Below the pieces are notes generated by a model, which searched no databases, was not told the DNA's origin, and saw only the letters and a program-made list of their open reading frames with translations. From the human T2T-CHM13v2.0 reference genome, Homo sapiens, in NCBI RefSeq assembly GCF_009914755.1, contig NC_060927.1: a stretch of DNA of 64,000 nucleotides; one strand, 5' to 3'. Below, piece after piece: positions 1-15,149 of the stretch (positions within the stretch are counted from its first letter, which is position 1; the number at the start of each line of letters is the position of its first letter). Position numbers and translations under genes: made by a program.

Positions 1-167
1 TTCACTGGAAATTACTCTCATGAAGAAGCTCACAGTCCGAGAGGGTAGCCAGACAGGGGTAACAGATAAATCCTTTTAAATTTACAGTTAAGTGAGATAT
101 TTTTCTAATATTTATAAGAGGTGACCATGACTGCAGACAGACTTTGAATTAAAAAGCTGGGTTCCTG

Positions 168-506
<339 letters not shown>

Positions 507-516
507 TTAAAATAAG

Positions 517-818
517 TTTTTTTATTTATTTGAGATAGAGTCTTGTTGTGTCACCTAGGCTGGAGTGCAGTGGCGTGATCTCAGCTCACCGTAACCTCCG
601 CCTCCCGCGTTCAAGTGAATCTCCTGTCTCAGCCTCCTGAGTAGCTGGGATTATGGGCGTGTGCCACCACACCTGGCTTTTTTTTTTTCTTGTATTTTTA
701 GTAGAGACAGGGTTTCGCCATGTTGTCCAGGCTGGTCTCGAACTCCTGACCTCAAGTGATCCACCTGCCCCGGCCTCCCAATGTGCTGGGATTACAGGCG
801 TGAACCACCACGCCTGGC
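517..818 (-). mobile_element. AluS element
   Basis: Reverse-complement full Alu. Confidence 0.95.
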
Positions 819-1142
819 TGGGGGGTACTTAAAATAAATGTAAAACTTTAGGATACAAATTCAAAGGGACCAAGGACCACCCATGAATTAAGAGTTCCAA
901 AGCAGTTCTTCTCCTTAGCAAATAAAAGAGGGGATCGTTGTTTTATAATACCATGCACTAAGTAGCTCACTCAAAACTGCAGTAAGTTATTGATATTATA
1001 ATCTCAACAATATATTCTACTTGAGGGCTATTACTGAAGCTACATTTAAATCACATTGTGAAATGCAAGAAATCTTAAAGTTAGACATCAATGTCAACAA
1101 AATCTCTTTGTATTAAAAATTTATCCATTAAAGATTTTTAAA

Positions 1143-1421
1143 TTTTTTTTGAGACAGGGTCTTGCTCTGTTGCCTAGGCCGGAGTGCAGTGGCATGATCT
1201 CCACTCACTGCAGCCCTGACCTGGGCTCAAGGGATCCTCCCACCTCATTCTCCCGAGTAGCTGGGACCACAGGTGCGTGCCACCATGCCCAGTTAATTTT
1301 TGTATTTTTTGTAGAGACAGGATTTTGCCATGTGCCCAGGCTGGTCTTGAACTCCTGAGTTAAAGTGATCTGCCTACCTCTCCAGGTGCTGGGATTACAG
1401 GCATGTGCCACCATGCCCAGC
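1143..1421 (-). mobile_element. AluJ-like element
   Basis: Diverged Alu; flanking CCATTAAA(A)GATTTTT duplication. Confidence 0.9.
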
Positions 1422-2065
1422 CCATTAAAAGATTTTTGAGAACTTTTATAAATAAGTTCTACTGTGTCTACCTGGCACACAGTAAGTGCTCACTTAGTGG
1501 TCTGTTCATTTTTCTGTCAGAGAAATTGCCAAGAGTTGCCAAATTTTCACTACAAGTGAGCAAAGTGCCAAAACCAAAGTCCCCGGTTGATAGTCTCCAG
1601 CTTTAGAGTTACCATGTAAAAATTCATTTGAAAATTGGTTTCTTGAAACTTGGTAGAAAGAAACAACATAATTACATGACAGGTTCCTGGATCAGTTCAC
1701 AAAACATAGTTAATTCATAATATACTCAAAGCACCATACTCATACTGGTCTACCTGCTCCTCAACAATGTAAAAGGTTTTCTCTTCAGAGAAATATAGGC
1801 ATCAGGCACATCTCCCCTCTTACTCCACTCCAGAGATGAGAAATTTCAAGGTGGCTGTTATTTCTAGTTGCATATGTATATGTAAGGCAGAAAAAAAAGG
1901 CTAAATCATTGACCTCTCTGGGTATTCTGAATCGGGTTACAATAAATAGGTAAGGCTCAGGTTCCTCTAAGACCTCAGTTTTGTGATAAAGAGTTCATAC
2001 ATAAAGCAAGAACTTCAGGTACTCCTGAAGTCTTCTTTCAGTATACATTTTAAATATTTAATTTA

Positions 2066-2373
<308 letters not shown>

Positions 2374-3101
2374 TTAATATTTAAATTGATTATGACTGGA
2401 AGTATTTACTAGAAATTAAAGACAATTAAGGAATTATCTCTAAATGGCAGATGAATTAGGAAAGTTTTTGTTTGTTTTTTCCTTCAGACACTCCCAACCA
2501 ATTTCCAGGTAACAAACTTGAATGGTTTGGTTTCTCATAGAGTATAAATCAACAATATAATATAGAAAATTATACTCTCTATGTTCTATACTCCATATAT
2601 GCTAAAACTAATGTGCTCTTCTCAACCATAATTTGACCACACATTCAATAATTCCAAGATAATTTACACATACAGAGGCAGTGGGAATTCATCTTAAAAT
2701 AATTCAACTGATTTTGGTCTTCATTTCTCAATTTGAAGGGCTAGGAGTCCAAACTATGTCCTTGTTGCTGTTGCTGATACTGTTTTCCTTGTTAAGTAAC
2801 TTATTGTCATGTCTACATTTATAATTGTAAGTGATACACATTTTTTATAATCACAATCTATGATGCTGTCACAGTTATGTATTACATGTGGAGTGACCAA
2901 CTTTTTTTTAAGCCTGTCTATTCCATCAAAATTTCTGTTCTTTGATCAGAATTGTAAAAAAAGTTCTTTAGGCAAATCTATAGTTTGTAAATCCATTTTA
3001 AAGTCCATGTAAATTGTTTTACTTATTTTAGAGAGAAAAAACCTCAACCATTACATGTTGCTATTCCTTAAGATAAGCAAAATGTACATAGATAAGTTTT
3101 A

Positions 3102-3327
<226 letters not shown>

Positions 3328-3358
3328 TCATCATTATTTGAAGAAAAGAAAATCTTCT

Positions 3359-3680
3359 GGCCGGCGCAGTGGCTCACGCCCATAATCCCAGCACTCTGGG
3401 AGGCCGAGGTAGGCGGATCTCAAGGTCAGGAGATCGAGACCATCAGGCCGAGGTGGGCAGATCACGAGGTCAGGAGATTGAGACCATCCTGGCTAACATG
3501 ATGAAACCCCATCTCTACTAAAAATACAAAAAATTAGCTGAGCGTGGTGGTGGACGCCTGTAGTCCCAGCTACTGGGGAGGCTGAGGCAGGTGAATGGTG
3601 TGAACCTGGGACGCAGAGCTTGCAGCGAGATTCCGTCTCAAAAAAACAAAAAAACAACAAAAAAAAACAACAAAAAAATA
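3359..3680 (+). mobile_element. AluY-like element with internal 44-bp duplication and right-arm deletion
   Basis: AGGCCGAGG...GAGACCATC repeated at 3401-3444 and 3445-3488. Confidence 0.9.
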
Positions 3681-4806
3681 ACTTCAGGTAAGCCCACAGA
3701 TCTTAGCTAACAGCAAGAGGAATTTTTAATAATCTGCTTGAATGTTGATATCTTTTCCAGCCTTCTCTCTCCTTAGGCCAATTATTTAGAAAACTGTATA
3801 ATAATTAATCCATATGCAAATTTTAAACTATAGCTCAAAAACTTTATTGGCTACTGTAAATTACTACGAATTTTCCAGTGTAGGGTATGGCAAATATTGA
3901 ATAAGTGCCTCATATGTGAAAGAGCTGGTGCTCAGCACTGATTTTTCAAGAGCAAACTTAAGAAATGAATAAAGTTGTAATGTGTATACACGCACATTAT
4001 ACAACAGCATAGGACTTCTTTGTGTTACTTGTAAAAGGAAAGGTTTTCACTTTCCTCATTATGAATTCCAAAAATTCAAAAACTGTTTTTCAAAATTTTG
4101 ACTGCTTTCATTACACGCATAATGCTTCCACACTCTTCATTCCTACTCTTTTCAGCAGATAAACATTCTCCTCTTTCCATTAGCAACCAATCCAAGCTTA
4201 TTATCTTTCTTTTTAGAGGCAAACTGCAACATATCATTTCAATTAAACCCAAAATATTACTCCCATATTTCTTATTCAAAGGTCTTAGGAATAAGCCTCA
4301 GCTTCTCACAGAAGATGAAATCATCTATCAACATATGTAACTGATGTTTCTCATTTTATTTTCATTTTGAGATTTTGTACCTACTGTCTAGTGATAAACT
4401 TTTGCAACTAAGTGTTTCCTCTATATTTTAGATGGCTTAGGCTTTAAAAAAATGGTCTATATGATTTAATTATCAATTTTTTCCTTAAGTGAAGTTCAAC
4501 AGAATTAATTTTCTCACATTTTCATTAATTATACAGGCTACAGGCAATATTTAAAGTTTTTTTTTAAATATTGGGTATGTTACTCATTTTGTTACTCTAT
4601 GACTTTCAATTCCTGAATATAAAATAAATTTTAAATGACTAAATTTTATTTATTCACTGATTAAATCAGATTTATGACCTCCTCTCTCCATTCCAGCTAC
4701 TCTGAGTTTTGAATGAAACAACCTCAATTGTAACAGAAGAAACATCTGTTGCTTTTTTTCTTCACCAGGGCTTTCCTAACTGAAAGAAGAAAGACTCTCT
4801 GCCTGA

Positions 4807-4852
4807 CCTCCTCTCCCTCTCCCTCTCCCTCTCCCACTCCCGCTCCCCACCC
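4807..4852. repeat. CT-rich low-complexity tract, (CTCTCC)n-like
   Basis: Directly visible. Confidence 0.8.
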
Positions 4853-5907
4853 ACACTAAGTTCCTTAAAACTTTTTTAAGTAAATGTATTATTTAAAATT
4901 TCACTGTATCTATTAAAAACATCATAGTTTAGAAACATTCACTTCCTTATTGAACTTCAAAGAATGACTAAATGCTATTATATATCAAAAAATAAGACGT
5001 GTCTAATAGAATATACGTTGTAACTAAAATGCAAACTTCAAGGGTATAATTGAAATGATCAATTCAATCAAGTTGTCATATATTCCGGGGTCATTAAGAA
5101 TTGTTTAGGGGTAAGATTTTCTTCACAGTATCCAGATTCATATAGCATCTTGTATGCTATATTTTCTTTGCCAGTCCAAGGCTAACATAATGGCAGTCAC
5201 TACCCCAAGAGGCAGACACCAAATGGTGCCACCCACACTCTCACACTGTGCCTCATAATAAACCATAAAGCAGTGGAATGCACCGGCCCCTTTATGAGCA
5301 AACAATGCCTAAGCTTCATTAGAATACAGCTGACATTTTCAAAGCACAAATACTTTTAAGAAAAATGTACTAGGGAAAAAAAGGAATGAAACAGCTATAA
5401 AAGCTGAAATATTTTTCAAGTGTCAGGTTGATTTCCAAGGATCCTTGGGAAGTATATTTTGCTGTTGGCAATTTAAAAGTTTTCGTAAGTGGAAAAAATG
5501 TTTAGTTAAGGGCAAAGCTTATTTTATTAACTACTGGGGAAAAAAATGAAAGTAAAAACTATCCTTTGAATTGCTTTCACAAGTAATAACCATGAAGTAC
5601 CTTTAAAATTACTGATTTCCTCAACTGCTGCTTTAGTTCCTGAATTAAGAAAACTGAGCTCCAGAATTATTTTCACATTTTAATTAATTTATATAAGTAA
5701 CTGAGTAATAAACTAATTCTTCCCCTCCCCCCCCACCCCAACCCCCATACATAACCCTGTAGTTTTTCTGTCTGCAACAAGCAAGGACGTCTTGAAATCA
5801 GCGTGCTCCTGGCTATTTATCAATTTAATATTGCTGCTGCTTAAAGAATATAAAATAAGAGCTGTAAAAACTCACCCAGCAGTGAGAAACAAACTGATCT
5901 CTCTTAC

Positions 5908-6050
5908 CTGGTCTAAGGAAGCATGCCTCTCACTGCAGTACCAACAACATTCTACAGTCTTTGTTACCATTCAGTGGAAACTTGAGACTGTGTCAGACGT
6001 AAGCAATCGAGCTCAGAAAAGCTCAATTTAAAATACTTCTCAGTAAAACT
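5908..6050 (-). other. Candidate exon (possibly an alternative first exon) of an unidentified minus-strand host gene; 5' boundary uncertain
   Basis: Near-consensus donor CAG|GTAAGA at 5908/5907 inside a ~3.4 kb repeat-poor island; ATG at 5970 gives MVTKTVECCWYCSERHASLDQ in phase 0. Confidence 0.4.
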
Positions 6051-6236
6051 AAAAAGATGCTCAAGAAAACTGTTTAGTTAACTGGCTTTCAAAAGACATA
6101 TGAATACTGTTTACAACAAAGACATCGCAAAAGAAATTGAAAAGTGCAGGTCTTAGATGAAGGGGCTTTTCTATGTAGAACCTTGTTTTCTTATTAAATT
6201 AAAAGGATATTTTTATTTTAAAAAATGCTTAAAGTA

Positions 6237-6271
6237 CACACTTGATCTTAGCCAAAAGGCCGAGAAGCAAT
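6237..6271 (-). pseudogene. RNU2: 3'-truncated (tailless) U2 snRNA retropseudogene, about U2 nt 1-34
   Basis: Minus strand reads ATTGCTTCTCGGCCTTTTGGCTAAGATCAAGTGTG versus U2 ATCGCTTCTCGGCCTTTTGGCTAAGATCAAGTGTAG; perfect 16-bp TSD AAAAATGCTTAAAGTA at 6221-6236 and 6272-6287. Confidence 0.95.
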
Positions 6272-7099
6272 AAAAATGCTTAAAGTAAAAAGGGTGAAAT
6301 AACTACAAGTTAACATTTTTCTAAATATCACTTGCCTTTTAACTAACTTAAAAAATAAGATTAAACTTACTCGTGAAACCTGCATAATTTGAATTATACA
6401 TATCAGAGTATCTGCTGGCTCCAAAGCAGTCACAAAGCAGGAGACTTAATGCATCTTGAAAGCAGAGCAAAAGCACCACGAGTTTCAGGGGGAAAAGAGG
6501 AGGAGAAACTCTTGAAAAACTGGTCGGGGCTTTTTGAACCTGTAATAACTGTCCAGCTCTTGTGGGAGGAAAAAAATGTCCCAGTCCTGCCCCGAGATAG
6601 GAGGCTATGCTTCAATGCCAAAATGAATGACAGGCCCATTTCTGATATCAACAAAGAGCAGCTTAGTTGTGCTTTTTTTTTTTTTCCACTTTCCCACACA
6701 GAAGTTCTAAAATTTCCAGGTTAGTCCCTTTATAGCTAGGGTTAAGTACCTTTCTCCATTTTCTCAAGAGGGAACTCAATTATGTTGTCCTGGTTTTTTT
6801 TAAATGACTAATTAAATATACATACCTAATCATCTTACTTAGTTTTCCTAGGCAGGAAGCTGAACAAAAGATGACCTCTTAGGTTCCTTTCCAAATCTAT
6901 TCTTTTCAATATCAGATAACCATATGACTGTCAATATTAATAAGCTTTTCCAGCATCCTGATGTATGGCACAAGTAGAAACAAAAAGCAAGGTAACATTA
7001 AAAACAAAGCAACTGAGATAAAATTTTCAACTAGCAAGATGTAAAGATAATTTACCAAGGTATGTGTTTGATTACAGAAATTCAAAACAAACACTCCAA

Positions 7100-7222
7100 T
7101 CAACAACATATATTTGCTGAATACTTATTATGAGCCGAGCACTATTTTGGGCCCTGGAGATACAGTAGTGAATGCAACAGACAAAAGCCAAACAAAAAAT
7201 CTCTGTCTTTCGTGAGCTTAGT
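7100..7222 (-). mobile_element. L2 3'-end fragment
   Basis: Resembles L2 3' end (TATTTGCTGAATACTTATTATG...GGAGATACAGTAGTGAA). Confidence 0.6.
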
Positions 7223-7925
7223 TTATTTCAGTTCACTCTAAGTACAACTCTCCTAGATGACTAAGGTACTTTTCCTTCGTTGACTAGTTATCACCTATTC
7301 TGAAATATTCCCCTTGGAAAGTATGTCTTGACAACAGCTCCAGGAGACGCTGTAAAGTATTTGGTGCTCCGTTCAGTGTTGTATCACCAGTGTCTAAAAC
7401 AGTGTCTGTTAGACACTCAAATACATATTGAATCAAATAGATCAGAGAGCTTCTTCTTACTCAAAATTTTCCTTTGCCAACACATATTATACTTACATGC
7501 ATACAGAGATATGACAACAATAATACAATACAGGGTGTAAATTAAACTGGGTTGTAAACACGTGTTAGTATAAACAAAACTGAAAATACAACCTATATGG
7601 CCCTCTATCTTTCCAGATTCTACAATAAAATCTGTTTTCACTACTGGATGTGAGGTCAGTATAATATCTGAGTAAATAAATCACATAAAATTCTATAAAG
7701 TAAGTTTTTGTGGACAGTCAGATTTCAGAGGAGTTTTGAAAGAAAAAAGAAACTTGGAAATTACACAGAATCTGATCAGTTTGGTATATTAAAATCTTAC
7801 ATGTTTATATTCATTTACATTCCCACATTTGGAAACAATTTTAAACTCCCCATCCTGCTTTGCACCATTCTTGATCATCTTACCAGATGACGCTTCTTAC
7901 AGAGAAAATAAGTGTACACCTTTAA

Positions 7926-8370
<445 letters not shown>

Positions 8371-9404
8371 TATTCCCGTGTTCTCTAAATAGGAGAGCAC
8401 CCCCCCGGCCCTCCAATTGTCCAGAGCTAGACAACAATTACAAGTTAAAATATAAACTATTTAGTGTATGTTTTAACAATAAACCTAACAGCAACCCAAG
8501 GTCAGAAAGATGTGATAACTGAGGTCAAGTGACAAATAAAATAAGGTGGGGCCAAAGTAGGATTCTACTGTTCTTGCAGAATGAATTTTCCTTTTCCCAT
8601 TCCTTCCTTCAATAAATACTGAGCACCTATTATGTATCAGGCACTGAGCTGGGCAACAAATTGACCTGTTACCTACTGTCTACTCCACAGATCTGACCTT
8701 CAGCCAATCTATTCCTTCAAGTTTCCTTCTCCATGCTTGCCTTCCTTTCCAGAGCCTTTTCTCTGGTCTCAAATTCTTTACTCATACTACACCCCTTCAA
8801 TCTGCTCTGATGTCTTTCTTGGCACGTAGCATAATCACTACCTTTTATGTTCTTCTGCAAGTGTATGACACAGTGTGGGGAAAGTAATAAGACTTCCCAC
8901 TCAGATGATAAAAATGCAGATTATATAGGTTGTGTCAAACAATTTCTCCTTAATCTTATGTAGAAAATCCATTTAAACATCATTAATTACAACTACTGAT
9001 TATCTGGAAAACACCAAAGGTAGCTAGACATTCTCCTAGGTTTATAAACTGATTTATTTGGACTGGAGTTTGTGACATTTATTGGCAATCTGCCCAAATA
9101 TTAAGCCCATTTAACAGACACATTTATGATTCTATAGGCAGAAATAACACTATAATAGTGTAATGATGGCAGGCATTGGCCAAATAAAAACTATCTATCA
9201 GATCTATATAATGAAGCAGTAGAAATTAGTTACATTGTACCTGTACTTACATTTTCAAGTAAAATATTGATCTTCCTGACAAGCACTACACCTAAGGCAA
9301 AAACTTTCTGCTATCACTTGCATGGTTAGGTGCCAATTTCTTAAAAACATTGCATAGTAAATATTTCATATTTCCTGTTTGCCTGCTGCTCTTCCTCTTT
9401 CCAC

Positions 9405-9722
9405 TTTTTTTCTTTCTCTCTCTCTCTCTTTTTTTTTTAAGAGAGAGAGGGTTTTGTTCTTTCATGCAGGCTGGAGTTGATGTGCAGTGGTGTGATCACA
9501 GCTCACTGTAGCCTCAATCTCCTGGGCTCAGGTGATCCCTCCCACTTCAGCCTCCCAAGCAGCCAGGACCACAGGTGTGCACCACCATGCCTGGCTAATT
9601 TTTGTATTTTTTATAGAGACAGGGTTTTGCTATGTTGCCCAGGCTGAACTCCTAGGCTCAAGTGATCCTCCTGCCTCCCTCCAAAGTGCTGGGATTACGA
9701 GTGTGAGCTACTACGCTTAGCT
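9405..9722 (-). mobile_element. AluJ-like element with CT-rich tail
   Basis: Diverged reverse Alu. Confidence 0.85.
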
Positions 9723-9724
9723 CG

Positions 9725-10030
9725 ACTCTTTCAATATGCACATTTTTCTGAGTTCTGTGCTCAATGCTCTTTTCTTCAAGATCTACACTCCCACTCTAGA
9801 GGATGTGACCTATATTCTATAGCTTTATCACCTCTACAAAGATGACTACAGAAATTTATACTTCTAGCCCTGGCTTTTTCTGTTCTGCTGTAAACTCTTC
9901 TTTAGATGCCTATTGGACATCTCTGTTTATATATCCCATAATCTCAACTCAGTATTGAACTTCCTGTCTACCTTCCCAAACCCACTCATCCTCCTAGGTT
10001 CCTCATCCTTGTTAAAGGCATTAATATCAA
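9725..10030 (+). mobile_element. L2 fragment
   Basis: Resembles L2 ORF2 3' region (GATGACTACAGAAATTTATAC...TGCCTATTGGACATCTCT). Confidence 0.5.
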
Positions 10031-10165
10031 GAACAGAAAGTGATTTTCTTCTTGCCTCATCCTCACCACCCAAATGCCCACATTGTTTCCATTTTTTTTC
10101 TAACATATATCATTCTCCCAGTTTAAAAACAAAACAAAATGAGAAATATAACTTCTGATGTCTAG

Positions 10166-10690
<525 letters not shown>

Positions 10691-11362
10691 TCTAGAAATC
10701 AATGGCAAACCACTTAAATTAGTAATCCAAATTTTTTTCAACATAGACCCAGCTCCAATCTACCTGTGTTAACGTTATCTTCTACCAAAACCCCTATGCA
10801 TGCTTTATCACAACTTAGTGGGGCCCACAGAATTAAGTTTAAGGCTTCACAAAGATAAGGGAGGCCTACACGAGCTACGTGGCGAGGGATCTATAGGAGG
10901 GAAAGAAAGCAAAGATTCTAGAGAGGACAGAAATAGTTCACTAAAGCCCCCACAAGTTAGGGAGGGACAAAATTTTGGAGATAATACCTTTAGCCTTAGA
11001 GAAGAAATATGGTACAGTGGAGACAGCATGAGCATTAGAGTCAGAATACTTCATCCAAATTCAAGTATTTGTTTAGTTATAAGGGACAGAAATCGAACTC
11101 AAACTAGTTTAACATGAAAGGAATTAGTTGGCTCAGCTGGCACACAGAATCCCAAAGGGTGAGATAACTGAACCAGGAGGGTCCACTTTGCAAAAGGGTC
11201 TTTTGTAGGCAACAAGGGCTTTAGCTTTCAAACTTACTTCCCTCTTCAGAAACTTTAATATTTCTCTTCCCACTGAGTTCATCTTAACACTTCAAATGCA
11301 GAGATTGTTCCCTTCTAACTGCTAACCAAACTAAAAACATCATACTTCCCATCTCTCTTTAA

Positions 11363-11741
<379 letters not shown>

Positions 11742-12045
11742 TAATTATTAAATCTTCAAAAATGCACCAAGTACCTCTGACATAACCACAGTTAGGCACT
11801 AGAGAGAGAAAAATAAACAAGACATTGTCCTTATCCTCAAAAAATAAAACAAAACAAAAAAACAAAAACCCAATTTGGCTTCTATCCAACTGCTCAAATG
11901 AACTGCATTGTCTAAAGCAGACAATGAGCTCTGCCTTGATAAATCTAATAATGTGTGCTTATGCTCCATAGCCTTGCTGTATCTGGCCTTGCTGATCTTA
12001 CAAATCCCATCTTCTTAATACTATTACAACAATCTTCTCTTGGCT

Positions 12046-12332
12046 TTTTTTTTTTTTTTGAGACGGAGTCTTGCTCTGTCACCCAGGCTGGAGTGCAGTG
12101 GCGCAATCTCGGCTCACTGAAAGCTCTGCCTCCCAGGTTCTCACGGCCTCAGCCTCCCAAGTAGCTGGGACTACAGGCACCCGCCACCACACCCAGCTAA
12201 TTTTTGTATATTTAGTAGTGACAGGGTTTCACCGTGTTAACCAAGATGGTCCCGATCTCCTGACCTCGTGATCCGCCTGCCTTGGCCTCCCAAAGTGCTG
12301 GGATTACAGGTGTGAGCCACCACACCCAGCCT
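12046..12332 (-). mobile_element. AluSc/Y-like element
   Basis: Full Alu; TSD TTCTCTTGGCTTTT. Confidence 0.92.
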
Positions 12333-12923
12333 TCTCTTGGCTTTTATAAAGACTATTCCTTCTCTGTTTCCACCCCAAAACTTGTGGAGTGGTTCCTTTA
12401 TTTTTTTCTTATTACTTGTATTCTAAATGGCTCAACCACAGCCATCTCTTTTGCTGTACTGTTGTTTCAGAAGGTGACTGATTACATAATTTATTATCTA
12501 AACTGAATTACCATTAGGAGTGAAAGGGGCACACCATAAATAATTAGGAGCTGTTTGGGAAAAGTGGAACATATGGATTCCTGCTTAAAAACTTTCAGTA
12601 GTTCCTGCCTCCAAATCTTTAAGCATGCCATACAAAAACCTACTTTGAACTAATTGCATTTATGGATTAAATTTCTATCTTTTTATGGCTGTCTCAAGGT
12701 CTGTCTTCACTCAGCACTCAGAGTACACTGAGACAATAGTATGTCTAATCAAGAGTCTCATTTGACTGTCTCCCCCATCTAACAGCAACCTCATTACATC
12801 TCCTTGGTCAAAAGTGCCCATAAACCACTCATAAGCCTCATTGAGAGAGATGAGAAAACGTAGGCTTACTAATATCAAATAACTTGCATAAATGCTAGCA
12901 AGTGGTAAAACTGAGATTCTAAC

Positions 12924-13277
12924 TGATATGGTTTCGCTGTGTCCCCACTCATATCTCATCTTGAATTCCCATGTGTTGTGGGAGGGACCTGGTGGTAGGT
13001 AATTGAATCATGGGGGCAGGTCTTTCTGGTGCTGTTCTTGTGATGGTAAGACTCATGAGATCTGCTGGTTACTATAAGTGGGAGTTTTCCTGCACAAGCG
13101 CTCCTCTCTTTGCCTGCTGCCATACACATAAGACATGACTTGCTCCTTCTTGCCTTCCAGCATGATTGTGAGGCTTCCCCAGCCACATGGAACTGTAAGT
13201 CCGATTAAACCTCTTTCTTTTGTAAATTGCCATGTCTCAGGTATGCATTTATCAGCAGTGTGAAAATGGACTAAATA
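12924..13277 (+). mobile_element. THE1 (THE1A/B-like) MaLR solo LTR inside a MIR relic
   Basis: TGATATGGTTTCGCTGTGTCCCC start, ATTAAACCTCTTTC signal, GGACTAA end; CTAAC/CTAAT flanks. Confidence 0.88.
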
Positions 13278-13489
13278 CTAATCAAGTTCTTGACTTCTCA
13301 AAGTCCACATACTTGGTGACTATCAGTATTAATTACAGATATGAATTCAATGAGTAGATTTTAATCAAAAAGCTAACTAAAGCCTAATACTGTTCTCCAT
13401 GTCATATACTAGTCCATTTGTGCCAAGTAAACTATTCTGGATGGGAAAAAAAATAAAGAAGATCACTTCAGTCCTCTATATGAGAACTT

Positions 13490-13970
13490 TTGATGGTTCC
13501 TCATTAAATAGATAATACAAGGTCCTTAATGGATAACTGTTTTAGGATAACTGTTTTTCTAGGCTCATCTCCCACAATTCCAGGTGCATGACTTATTTAC
13601 CATTCCCTGAATGGTCCATGACTTTACTGCTAAGGTCAGAATTTTCTTTACCTGGTAAATTAATGCTTATCCTCCAAAACCCATAGAAAATGTCACCTCC
13701 TTAGTTAAGATATTCACAACTATCTGAATAAACCTGGTCCTATTTTGAGTTCCCACAGTATTGATGATGTGCATTTATTACAACATTTATCACAACCCTT
13801 TGTAATTTGCATGTCTGTCACTTCCCGTAGTCTGCGAGTTCCTCCACAGCCGGTTTTTGGCTCTCCAGCCCTCCTATTCCATCTCTGTACCCTCCTCATC
13901 TAGAAGACCACATAGTAGACAGCATGCACTCAATAAATATCTATTAATAAACAAATTAATAAATGACAAG
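13490..13970 (+). mobile_element. L2 fragment
   Basis: Ends in L2-type CATAGTAGAC...CACTCAATAAATATCTATT. Confidence 0.55.
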
Positions 13971-14499
13971 GGACCTTCACTTGATCAAATACCTTCAGTA
14001 GCTTCCCATCTGTTAAAAGAACTGCCCTGAATACAAAAGATATTCCAACTACCTTGGCCTTCTTTCCAGGCTCTTAATGATTAGACCTAGATGAAATTTT
14101 CTAACTAGTAACATTCCATTTATAATTACCAGCAAGTAGCTCCATTAGTCACCCACAATTCTCTGTCATGTTTTCCCAAACATGCTAAAGATATTCCTGC
14201 TGTCCTGTCTTAAAAAACTCATGGGGCAGTCTTGTTCAAAATGTCTTTCCCCCTCTTCTTTGTCTCTTCAAATTCTACACACTCCTCAGCGTCCAATGGT
14301 AGTCTGAACTCGTTATAAGACTCTCTATGACCTCGAGTGTAACCTAAACTTCTTCCTCTACATTCCTACATAAAATATATTAAATATCAAACCAATATAG
14401 CTAAAATAAATATGTGTTATAAGAATAACTTTGGTATGACAACTTTCAACTAAGTAACATGATAAATTCTTAATAAGCTGTCATCAAAACTGCAAAATT

Positions 14500-14885
14500 T
14501 AGTTTGTTCATTCAATCTACACATATTTGCTGACTGTTTACATGTGCCAGACATTAGGAGAGGACCTAAAAATATACTTGTGAAGATATAATTCCTAGCC
14601 TCAGGAAGTTACAGTCTACTGGAGGACACATTATAAACAAGCAAATAAATACAAAAACATCATCAACTGTGTTAACTGCAATGAAAAAAACTAGTGGGCA
14701 TTAGAGAGATGGTAAAGGGTATTAGTAATACATTGTATGCTCTTTTATTATAGATAAGGTGGTCCAAGAAGACCTCTCTGAGTATTATTTAAGCTGCAAC
14801 CTAGAAGGTGAAGAGGTCTCAGCCATGGTAAAAGCAGGGAGAAGATAATTTCAGGCAGAAAAACAGAACTGTGCAAAGGCTCACA
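14500..14885 (-). mobile_element. L2 fragment
   Basis: TTCATTCAA...ATATTTGCTGAC...ATGTGCCAGACA motif. Confidence 0.55.
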
Positions 14886-15149
14886 TAATACCCATAATTA
14901 AAGTAAAGCAAATAAATTGAAACTGAGGAAGACAAATACACATAAGGAAATGGTTTTGTGGGGGGAAAAGTAATTTACTAGTTGTGGTTATTTACACAAA
15001 GTAAGAGAGGGAATCCAGTCCTTATTTTCTTATCTGGGACTACAGTAAAAAACATGGGGAAAGAAACATAATCATGGATGCCATTCTGAGCAGAAGACTA
15101 AGAAGCAAGAAGATTATCAGACATCAATAAATATTCTTTAAATACTCTC

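Noticed and set aside
4076-4340. Overlapping ORFs in the repeat-poor island
   Set aside because: No recognisable protein similarity or splice boundaries; AT-rich chance ORFs
4678-4779. Possible minus-strand exon after the acceptor-like TCTTTCTTCTTTCAG
   Set aside because: No convincing donor, and an early stop in the frame coming from 5908
5212-5232. CTCF-like motif GACACCAAATGGTGCC
   Set aside because: Several core mismatches; unsupported without ChIP data
13531-13557. Short tandem duplication GGATAACTGTTTT x2 (similar ones near 29485 and 49476)
   Set aside because: Ordinary slippage-size duplications
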